NCBI GenBank assembly: GCA_014378555.1
Contig: JACMNN010000029.1
Span: 1-61,180 of the forward strand
Reading direction: 5' to 3'
Length of the DNA: 61,180 bases
From: Burkholderiales bacterium
GTDB taxonomy: Bacteria; Pseudomonadota; Gammaproteobacteria; Burkholderiales; Casimicrobiaceae
The position numbers and the translations under genes were made by a program. The notes beneath the pieces were generated by a model, which worked only from the letters and a program-made list of their open reading frames with translations, searched no databases and had not been told where the DNA came from. Below are positions 1-8,348 of this stretch, in pieces. Positions within the stretch are counted from its first letter, which is position 1; each line of letters begins with the position of its first letter.

Positions 1-954
1 ACCAAAAAGCATTTAGCCGGCCTTGACGTAAGCGCAGAATTTATTGAAAAACTTGCCGCGCGGCGCACCCTGACGCCCGCTCAAATCCACGCAGCCGCGC
101 GCTTTGCGCAGCTTACCTTCGGCAAAGTCGAAGGGCAGGTGGACGACGGCGTTGAGGCGCTGATGCTCAAGCAGTTGGAGCGTAGTGATGAGGCGCTTGG
201 CTACAAAGAAGAAAACGACAAATCACAATATCGTCCGTTAATGACGACGTACGATCTGTCGCTGCTTAACATCGAAACGCGACATCCTGTTGAAAAAATT
301 ATTGCCGCACTGAAAAATAAAGGTACCGGTTCGCTCTGCTTTTACGGCATGCCGGGCACGGGAAAGACAGCACTGGGCGAACATGTGGCGAAATGCATGG
401 AGCGACCGCTGATCATCAAAAAAGCCAGCGATTTGATGAGCAAATATGTCGGTGAAACCGAACAGCAGATGGCTGCGATGTTTAAGGAAGCGGAGCAGGA
501 AAAGGCGGTGCTGCTGCTCGACGAAGCCGACAGCTTTTTGCAAAACCGCGCGCTCGCGCAACGCAGCTACGAAATTACCGAAGTTAACGAAATGCTGCAA
601 GGCATGGAGCGCTTCAAAGGCGTTTTTATCTGCACCACCAATTTGTTTGACCGCATCGATGAGGCGGCGCTACGGCGCTTCACCTTCAAAATTCAGTTCA
701 AACCACTGACCCGCGAACAGCGCGAAAAAATGTTTACGACCGAGGCGCTAGCAGGTAATTCCGCCAATCTAACCGGCAAAATCTGTGACCAACTCAACAA
801 GTTGCAACTGCTCACGCCCGGCGACTTCGCCGCAGTAAAGCGGCAGATCACGCTGCTCGATGAAACGTTTACGCCGGAAGAGTTTTTAGAGCAGTTGGAG
901 CAGGAACACAAGGTAAAGCCGGACATTAAGTGGGCTAGGACGATCGGGTTTTAG
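1..954 (+). CDS. AAA+ ATPase, 5'-truncated by the window edge
   Basis: Frame is open from base 1. Walker A GMPGTGKT, Walker B LLLDEAD, SRH AALRRF, C-terminal IGF. Confidence 0.85.
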   Translation, partial: TKKHLAGLDVSAEFIEKLAARRTLTPAQIHAAARFAQLTFGKVEGQVDDGVEALMLKQLERSDEALGYKEENDKSQYRPLMTTYDLSLLNIETRHPVEKIIAALKNKGTGSLCFYGMPGTGKTALGEHVAKCMERPLIIKKASDLMSKYVGETEQQMAAMFKEAEQEKAVLLLDEADSFLQNRALAQRSYEITEVNEMLQGMERFKGVFICTTNLFDRIDEAALRRFTFKIQFKPLTREQREKMFTTEALAGNSANLTGKICDQLNKLQLLTPGDFAAVKRQITLLDETFTPEEFLEQLEQEHKVKPDIKWARTIGF

Positions 955-1060
955 CGACGCGGTTTTTGGACCGTAGACGCTGCCCTTCCGTGATCACCAT
1001 TTACACGCATACGCACGCCCGCGTCGCACCTAGTAGTTTGAAGAATTGACTGCAAGCAGC

Positions 1061-1730
1061 GTTTGCGTCGGTAAGCCGGCACGCAGCTCGCACGCGCTAA
1101 AGCCGGAACTCAACCCGCACGCGCCAAAGACGACACACGGCCCGTTCGCCCTGAGCGCAGCGAAGGGTCTGATGCGCTATCCATCAAACCCTTCGCCGCT
1201 GGCTCAGGGCGAACGGAAATCGACGAGCAAAGTGCGCTTCGACGGCTCGCCTTCGCCATCCCCAATCATCCCGTTCATGCCAAAGCCGGCGCGCGATCCG
1301 TTCGCTGCAAAACCGGCACAGAGCCCGCACGCTCCAAAGCCGGCACACAGCCCGTTCGCCCTGAGCGCAGCGAAGGGTCTGACGCGCTATCCATCAAACC
1401 CTTCGCCGCTGGCTCAGGGCGAACGGAAATCGACGAACAAAGTGCGCTTCGACGGCTCGCCTTAGCCATCCCCAATCATCCCGTTCGTGCCAAACACGGC
1501 GCGCGATCCGTTCGCTCCAAAGCCGGCGCGCAGCCCGCACGCAACCAAGCCGGAACTCACCCCGTTCGCCCTGAGCGCAGCGAAGGGTCTGACGCGCCAT
1601 CCATCAGACCCTTCGCCGCTGGCTCAGGGCGAACGGGAAAAGTCGAGCAAAACCTGCTGGCCTTACCCATCTCCGACAATCTCATTTGCGCCAAACCCAG
1701 CGCGCAGCCTGTTCGCGCGAAACGGGCAAC
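1061..1730. repeat. Tandem array with a 210-bp period. Each unit is a 75-bp REP-like inverted doublet, a linker and three 27-bp subrepeats.
   Basis: CCGTTCGCCCTGAGCGCAGCGAAGGGTCTGA...ACCCTTCGCCGCTGGCTCAGGGCGAACGG starts at 1142, 1352 and 1562. 27-bp subunits start at e.g. 1271, 1298 and 1325. Confidence 0.95.
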
Positions 1731-1830
1731 TCACATTACACGAAGTCCAAATTCGCTGATTTGCCCCCCGGCGCGCTACATACTTCGGTCAATCGAGCAT
1801 GCACGATTGAAGTTGAATAATAAGCGGTGC

Positions 1831-3135
1831 TTAGATCGCAACAATTGGGCGCTCGAACAGCACTCTCCCGATGCTGTCATGGTACGAAATCGTCAGCGAA
1901 TTTTGTTTTCCGTCGTAACTCAGCAACCCAAAATTAAGGTCATCGCCGAACACAAAATGCGGACCTTTGCTGTGCCGCTCTCTAATCTCTGGTGTTTTGT
2001 CGAACGCGCGAAACGTCGCCAGCGGCCCAGCCGTAAATTCGTGAATGCCGGTGCGTTTGTTGCTCCACTCGCGAGCGAAGTGATAGTCGGCTGAAATCAT
2101 CACCACGTTGCTGATTCGTTCGCGTTTGATGAAGTCCACGATCTCGTCGCGCTCAGTTTTGTAGTTGCCCCATGCGTCCTGACTGCCACCATGAAACGGC
2201 ACTGACGTTGCGACGATTTTGAAGGTGGCTTTTGACTGTTGCAGACGATCCAAAAACCACAACTTTTGCTGCGTGCCGAGCATCGTTTTTTCAGGTCCGT
2301 CCGGCATCGCTTGAACGCTGCGAAAACGACGCGTGTCGACGATGATCAGTTCCACTTCTGGCGCCAACGATACGGCGCGATACAGGCCCACCTTATCCAC
2401 CGACGCGCAGGGCCAATACTCACGAAACACCTGTTCGGCGACGGGCAATTGCGCCAATCCGCCGTGTGCATCGTTCTCGATCTCGTGGTCATCCCAAATT
2501 GCGTAGGTCGCGCATTGCGCCATGAACGCCTGTAGCGGACGATCGGCGCGAATGTTGGCGTGTTTGCGCCGATAGTGCGCAATGGTTGGCGCGAAGTCGC
2601 GCTTGGGATGGTCGGCATAACAGGTGTCGCCGAGATGCACGAAATAATCGGGTTTGGCCGCCATCATGGTGTCGAAAATACGAAACGGCTTGTACTTTTC
2701 TTCCATGTCCCCGGAGAACGCGAGCACGAAATGTTGTCCGGCCAAGCGCGGCGTATTGAAATGGCCCGCTTCGGACAGCACTTTATCGCCAACATAGGCG
2801 CGGAAATACACCGCGCGGCCCGCAGGCAGGCCGTGTAAGGTGACGTGTCCGGTGAAGTCGCGCGGCTTGTCTAGCAACAATTCTGCGCTCTGATGGGTCA
2901 ACGCATCGGCGCTCAATCCCCAGCGCACATGCACACGTAATTCGTCATTGGCCGAAAGCCAGACCAACGCGCGATCCGCGTGCACATCAAACACAGCCGG
3001 TGCAAACGCCAGCGGCGCAGCTTCAACCCACGGCACCGATGCGGCGAGCGGTAGCGCCCCCAAACTAGCAACCGCCTGCATCGCGCGCCGTCTGCCAGGC
3101 GCGATCGGGTAGCCAGAATCAGGATCAAAAAGCAT
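1831..3135 (-). CDS. PhoD-family alkaline phosphatase/phosphodiesterase, likely Tat-exported
   Basis: RRR followed by a hydrophobic signal; motifs HLGDTCYAD, WDDHEIEND, DTRRFR, MLGxxQxxW, SADYH. Confidence 0.85.
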   Translation of the reverse strand: MLFDPDSGYPIAPGRRRAMQAVASLGALPLAASVPWVEAAPLAFAPAVFDVHADRALVWLSANDELRVHVRWGLSADALTHQSAELLLDKPRDFTGHVTLHGLPAGRAVYFRAYVGDKVLSEAGHFNTPRLAGQHFVLAFSGDMEEKYKPFRIFDTMMAAKPDYFVHLGDTCYADHPKRDFAPTIAHYRRKHANIRADRPLQAFMAQCATYAIWDDHEIENDAHGGLAQLPVAEQVFREYWPCASVDKVGLYRAVSLAPEVELIIVDTRRFRSVQAMPDGPEKTMLGTQQKLWFLDRLQQSKATFKIVATSVPFHGGSQDAWGNYKTERDEIVDFIKRERISNVVMISADYHFAREWSNKRTGIHEFTAGPLATFRAFDKTPEIRERHSKGPHFVFGDDLNFGLLSYDGKQNSLTISYHDSIGRVLFERPIVAI

Positions 3136-3411
3136 AGAGATGATGGCGCTTCTGTAAGTTTGAATGTTCGCGACGAAGTGCTGAAGCTACCAACCTTGGT
3201 CGGGTGCGCCGCAACCAGAGAGTGAAAAACGACACATGAGGATGCCCAGCGCCCAGTAACGACGCATTTCGCCCGACAATCAGGTTTATCGAAGTGCCCG
3301 TGACAAAATGTCGATTAACTGTGAACGCCACCCCACCATGATTATTCACCAGCCACTCAAGTACGGCAACGCAACGGCACATGCGCCGAACGTCTCGCGC
3401 TTATTCACGCC

Positions 3412-5676
3412 ATGACGTTTCGCCCGCCTTTCGTCGCGGCGCTTGCGGCGATTGCACTCAGCACGCTCATCGCATTCGTCGTTCAGTTGGGATTACTTGG
3501 CGCGCTGCGCTTAGGCGGTGTCAACACACCGCTTTCGCTAGAGGCCGCCTCAAACTCGCGCGTGGCGACAGTGGGAGACGTCACCGGATTACGTTTCGAC
3601 CCTTCACGCGCACCCGCCATTGCGCAGGCCAAGTCGCTGACACTGAGCGCCAACAACGCGCTTGCCGTAATCATCCACAGCGAAGACGTTACTAGCAACC
3701 TGCGGTTGACCTTCGGCTGGCTAAGCACACAGGATATTCGGCGCCCAGCGACGGCCAGCGCAACGCTCGCCGCGATCGGCGATGCACAGCAAAGCGTATT
3801 GCTACTCACCGGCCATCCGAACTGGCGCGACACCGTCACGCAGGTGGCGCTGGTATTGGAAAATGCCAGCAACGCGAGCGTGCCACCGAGCGCATTTGTG
3901 GGCCGCACCGAACTGCTGCCCGCAAATCCCGTCGGTGGCGCACGCCTTCTTGCAACGGCGTGGTTCCAACGCGACGGCAATGTCATCACCCCCAGCGAAT
4001 CCCCTAGCCGGCTATTGCCGCTGGCGTTGTGGATCGCGCTGATTTGTGTCAGTAGTGTGCTCATGATTGCGCTGCTGTTGCGCAAAAAAACCGAGCAACG
4101 CGCAGACGCGTTGCGTGTGTGCGCGGGAGCGCTTGCGTTAGGCGCGTTGCTGTTGACGGTGCTCGCCAATCGTTGGCCGGGCTGGACCGTGCCGCTCGGG
4201 GGTGGCGTTGCCGCCGCAGTTGCGTTGTTATTGCTGGACCGCACGCTAAGTTTTGGCTTGTCACTGAGCTCAGCACAACGTGCGGCATTGGCCATGCTCG
4301 CAGCGGGCGTGGCGGTATTGCTCGCGCCGTTGATCGCCGCTGTTGCGGTGATTCCGGGCCTGCTGCTGTGGTTGGCGCAGTGGCGTCAGACCGCAGACCA
4401 AACCACACGGTCGCAACCGGACCGGTGGCTGCGTATTGGCGGGCTTGCTGTGTTGATCCCGGCGTTGCTGATCGCGGCTGTGGCGCAAGGCTTAATCCCC
4501 ACGCCGAGCTTGCTCAACCCGCTGGCGGATCCGACAAAAACGTTGGCCTCAGTGGCCACCAGCGCAGGCGCATTGCCAGGGCTCGCGCTCGGCATGTTGG
4601 CGATGCATCAACTGTGGCCTGCGCCCGCGCAAAGCCAGCAATGGTCAATCGCAGCCGTGGCTGCCTGCGTATGGGCTTTGGCTGGCGCTCTTCTGGTGCT
4701 TGCGATCCCGAAGGTTGCCGTCTTGGCGACTGGCGGCAGCACCTTTATCGCCCTGTTCTTTCCCGCGTTCGCTTGCTTGGCGCTGGCGATCATTCCGAAG
4801 CTGCAAAGCGTTGCTCGCTCGGTGCACGAAACCATCGTGGTCGAGGTCAAATCGGAGGCAGACCTTTCAGCGCAGGCGCTGACGCTGCTTGACAGCCATG
4901 CCGAACGCGTAGCGGCCACGCTGTCGCGACGCGAATTCGGTGCGGCACGCGCGGCACTGGCGCAGATGGAGCGCATCGCATCGGCGGCTCACGCCACGGC
5001 ACTGGCACGGCTTCGTGTCGCACTGGTTGAAAACGATCTTGACCGGGCGGATACCGCCGCCGCGCAACTGCAAAGCCATGACGCGCTCAGCGTCAACGAC
5101 CACGACGCCCTGCTCGAACTCGCACATCGACGCAACCTGCACCCGCGCGTCATCGAGCTAGCTCCGGGCGCATCACAGCGCGAAGGCAACCTGCGTGCGC
5201 TTGCCATAGCGCAACTGCTGACTGACGGCCCATTGCCCGCGTTGCAAACGCTTTCCGCGTGGCCCAATGAGCGCACCTTTGCGCGAGAAATTGCCGAGCT
5301 GCACCTCATCAGCGACGACCTCCGGTCCGCGCAGCAAGCGTTGGTCAACACCGGAATCGCGATGGCTGACCCCACCGGTCAGGCCTACATCGCGCGGCTC
5401 GGTATGCGCGTGCAAGGCCCAGAAACGCACGCAATTTCGATCAACCGCATTGCGACTTGGCATCCGCAGCTGGCCGTCGCACAGGCCGCCCAGGGTGAAC
5501 TGCTGCTCCAGCAAGGCAACGCCTCCGGTGCGCGCGCCCGCTTCATTCTGGCGATGAAGCTTGAAGCCGTAATGTGGCCACTGCAATATCAGTTGCAACG
5601 TATCGATGCCGCGGCCACTCTCAACGCGGCATCAAACACAAACGTACAAGACAATTTGTATCCACCGAGCGCGTAA
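3412..5676 (+). CDS. Uncharacterised multi-pass membrane protein with an N-terminal extracytoplasmic domain and a helical TPR-like C-terminus
   Basis: 754-aa ORF with an N-terminal TM, a soluble domain, about 10 hydrophobic segments and Ala/Leu-rich helical repeats. Confidence 0.7.
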   Translation: MTFRPPFVAALAAIALSTLIAFVVQLGLLGALRLGGVNTPLSLEAASNSRVATVGDVTGLRFDPSRAPAIAQAKSLTLSANNALAVIIHSEDVTSNLRLTFGWLSTQDIRRPATASATLAAIGDAQQSVLLLTGHPNWRDTVTQVALVLENASNASVPPSAFVGRTELLPANPVGGARLLATAWFQRDGNVITPSESPSRLLPLALWIALICVSSVLMIALLLRKKTEQRADALRVCAGALALGALLLTVLANRWPGWTVPLGGGVAAAVALLLLDRTLSFGLSLSSAQRAALAMLAAGVAVLLAPLIAAVAVIPGLLLWLAQWRQTADQTTRSQPDRWLRIGGLAVLIPALLIAAVAQGLIPTPSLLNPLADPTKTLASVATSAGALPGLALGMLAMHQLWPAPAQSQQWSIAAVAACVWALAGALLVLAIPKVAVLATGGSTFIALFFPAFACLALAIIPKLQSVARSVHETIVVEVKSEADLSAQALTLLDSHAERVAATLSRREFGAARAALAQMERIASAAHATALARLRVALVENDLDRADTAAAQLQSHDALSVNDHDALLELAHRRNLHPRVIELAPGASQREGNLRALAIAQLLTDGPLPALQTLSAWPNERTFAREIAELHLISDDLRSAQQALVNTGIAMADPTGQAYIARLGMRVQGPETHAISINRIATWHPQLAVAQAAQGELLLQQGNASGARARFILAMKLEAVMWPLQYQLQRIDAAATLNAASNTNVQDNLYPPSA

Positions 5677-5703
5677 CAGCGCACCATGCTCTAAGCTTTG
5701 GCT

Positions 5704-6888
5704 ATGACTACTCGATTGCTGCTCTATCTCGCACACGCCATTGACCACTTGGCGCTGCTGATTTTTGCCACCGCCGTGAGCGCCATCGCGCTTGATTTCG
5801 GCGTCGCACGATGGGAAGATTTAATGCCCTACGCGACTGGCGCATTCGTCATGTTTGGCGTGGCCTCGCTACCTGCGGGACGCTACGGCGACCTGTGGGG
5901 GCGCCGCGCAATGATGCTGGTGTTCTACTTTGGTATGGGCGTGTCGCTGCTGCTGGTGTCGCTCACCCAAACCCCGCTGCAGATGGGTATCGCGTTAACG
6001 CTGATGGGGGCGTTCTCTGCGATTTATCATCCAGTGGGCATTCCGATGCTGCTGCAGAACGCGCCAAAAGCGGGTGCGGTGATTGGCGTGAACGGGCTTG
6101 CCGGCAACCTCGGTATCGCCTTCGCCGCCCTGCTCACCGGCTACCTTGTTAAGCATGTGGGCTGGCGCGCCGCGTTCATCGTACCGGGCATTTTGAGTTT
6201 AGTAGTGGGCGTCTTTTTCGCCATCAAAGTGCCGCAAGAAATGACCGCGCCGGGCAAAAAAACAGGCGGTAAAAAACTGCACGTAGATCGCGCCACCGCA
6301 GCCCGTGTGTTTGCGGTGCTCACCTGCACCACCACCTTGGGCAGCCTGATTTTTAACTTCACCACCAACGGCAACGGGGAGCTGTTGCGCGAGCGCATTA
6401 ATGCCATTGCCAGCGACCCTGCAACGCTCGGCATGATGCTGGCCGGTGTCTACGCCATCGCGTCGCTTGCGCAAGTCATTGTGGGGCAACTGATCGACCG
6501 CTTTCCGATCAAGCGAATTTTTCTGCCAATTGTCGCCGCACAAATCGTTGCATTTGCACTGGCTGCACACGCCGACGGCTGGATGTTTTATGTGTTCGCC
6601 GTGGCCTACATGACGTTCGTGTTTGGCGCAATTCCATTCACCGACGCCATCATTGCCCGCTTTGTCGACGACAGCATGCGCTCTCGCGTAGCGGGCTTGC
6701 GGCTGGCCGTAAGCTTTGGCATTTCGTCGGTGGCAGTGTGGGCGCTGGGGCCATTCGTGAAAGCCAGCGGCTTCAGCACCTTACTGTTGGTGATGGCGGG
6801 CATTGCGGCGCTCACCACGGTCGCCGTGCTGTTCATGCCAGCGCAGGATCCGGAGCCGATCAATACGGCTGAGCCGATCGCAGCCTAG
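5704..6888 (+). CDS. MFS transporter
   Basis: Motif A GRYGDLWGRR, second motif GQLIDRF, about 12 TMs; ATG at 5704. Confidence 0.9.
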   Translation: MTTRLLLYLAHAIDHLALLIFATAVSAIALDFGVARWEDLMPYATGAFVMFGVASLPAGRYGDLWGRRAMMLVFYFGMGVSLLLVSLTQTPLQMGIALTLMGAFSAIYHPVGIPMLLQNAPKAGAVIGVNGLAGNLGIAFAALLTGYLVKHVGWRAAFIVPGILSLVVGVFFAIKVPQEMTAPGKKTGGKKLHVDRATAARVFAVLTCTTTLGSLIFNFTTNGNGELLRERINAIASDPATLGMMLAGVYAIASLAQVIVGQLIDRFPIKRIFLPIVAAQIVAFALAAHADGWMFYVFAVAYMTFVFGAIPFTDAIIARFVDDSMRSRVAGLRLAVSFGISSVAVWALGPFVKASGFSTLLLVMAGIAALTTVAVLFMPAQDPEPINTAEPIAA

Positions 6889-7550
6889 CCTGACTTTGAC
6901 GCCGAGGGCAGCCCCGCGATCGGCAGCTGATCACGAGGCAAATGCATCGCCCGCAGCACTTTGATGGCGACATAGGCATCGTTAGCCGCGTAAAGCAATT
7001 GCTTCGACGACAACTGCGGCAGCGACCAATTGGAGGTGGTCACCGCTTTCGATTTGTGGAATTTCTGATTCATTACGATCGCCACGGCAGCCCGCGCGCC
7101 GGTGGTGCCGCGATGACCGTCTTTTCGGAAGACATCGTTCATATCAAGCACAGCGCGCAGTGTGACGCCCAATTTCGCACGAATCTCCTTGTGATCGGAA
7201 CGCAGGCCAAAGCCCACTTTAAGCACTTCCACCGATTCCAGAATTTCGATCAAAAACGCTCGACAATCAGCCCGGTACAGCTGAAAAATATAGGCGCAAT
7301 CGTCAAGCGAAAACTGCACAACATGCGGGCCGTCACTGATGACGCCGCGATCGAATATAGGCTTGGATTCGGTGTCAAATCCGACCACACCGGCGACTTT
7401 TATTGCCGCGGTAGCCGCGGCGAATTGCGCTTCGGTCATGGGCACATAAATACGCTCCAGCGGCAGCGTTACAAATGGCTCCAGCAGCGCAGACTCGGTC
7501 TTGGAGGGTGCGATTTTACGCATCGATGCGACGTACCTTTTGTCGTCCAC
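6885..7550 (-). CDS. DEDDy 3'-5' exonuclease (RNase D/WRN-like)
   Basis: GFDTES, KVGFG, SNW, YAANDAY motifs. Confidence 0.85.
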   Translation of the reverse strand: MDDKRYVASMRKIAPSKTESALLEPFVTLPLERIYVPMTEAQFAAATAAIKVAGVVGFDTESKPIFDRGVISDGPHVVQFSLDDCAYIFQLYRADCRAFLIEILESVEVLKVGFGLRSDHKEIRAKLGVTLRAVLDMNDVFRKDGHRGTTGARAAVAIVMNQKFHKSKAVTTSNWSLPQLSSKQLLYAANDAYVAIKVLRAMHLPRDQLPIAGLPSASKSG

Positions 7551-7588
7551 ATCGCGCGCAAAAAATAGGCGATGGAAATTGCTTAGAT

Positions 7589-8317
7589 TTATTCATCGAA
7601 AAATAGCTGCTGTAGCCGTCGGGGATAGTTATTCAAAAAATCGCGCGTAACTCTAAACTGCTCCGTCTCTTCGTATTGAATTTCTGAAATGCCGGAGGCA
7701 TCGAATCGCAAGATACGTGCGTTTGGATACGACAACAAAATAGGGGAATGCGTGGCGATGATGAATTGCGACTGATCGCGCACCAGGCCATGAATGGCCG
7801 CAAGCGCCGCCAATTGACGGCTTGGGGACAACGCCGCTTCGGGCTCATCCAGCAAATACAGACCCTTGCCGCGAAACTTATCAGTCAACAGCGCCATGAA
7901 CGCTTCGCCATGCGAGCAAGCATGCATGGACGGCCCGCGATTGCCCACCTCGTCCATGTAGGTGGCAACGTTGAAAAAACTTTCCGCTCGCAAGAAGTAA
8001 CCATCTTTCGGGTTGCCAAAGCTTCGGCCCAGCCGCAACGATTGATGCAAGCGTGACACCGAATCGGTCGTTTTTAACTGAATGTTCCGCGTGCCGCCTT
8101 CCGGGGAGTAGCCCAGCGCCAGCGCGATCGCCTCAAGCACTGTTGACTTTCCAGCGCCGTTTTCACCCACAAAGAAGGTGACGTCGGCGTGAAAGTCCAG
8201 GCAACCCATCGCGCGAACCGAGGGAATGTTGTACGGGTAGGCGTCGCCATCGATCTCAATATCGGATCGCATAGACACTTGGTGAAGATAGGGCTTTGCG
8301 GTCAGCGCCACGAGCAC
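7589..8317 (-). CDS. ABC-like/AAA_21 ATPase
   Basis: GENGAGKS, FLRAESFFN, SHGE, LLDEPEAALSP, IIATHSP. Confidence 0.85.
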   Translation of the reverse strand: MLVALTAKPYLHQVSMRSDIEIDGDAYPYNIPSVRAMGCLDFHADVTFFVGENGAGKSTVLEAIALALGYSPEGGTRNIQLKTTDSVSRLHQSLRLGRSFGNPKDGYFLRAESFFNVATYMDEVGNRGPSMHACSHGEAFMALLTDKFRGKGLYLLDEPEAALSPSRQLAALAAIHGLVRDQSQFIIATHSPILLSYPNARILRFDASGISEIQYEETEQFRVTRDFLNNYPRRLQQLFFDE

Positions 8318-8348
8318 ACGCTACGGCGCAAGTTTCTCGCGACGGCCA

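Noticed and set aside
1061-1730. CRISPR array
   Set aside because: Units are 210 bp with near-identical inter-repeat sequence, so there are no unique spacers, and no cas genes are present.
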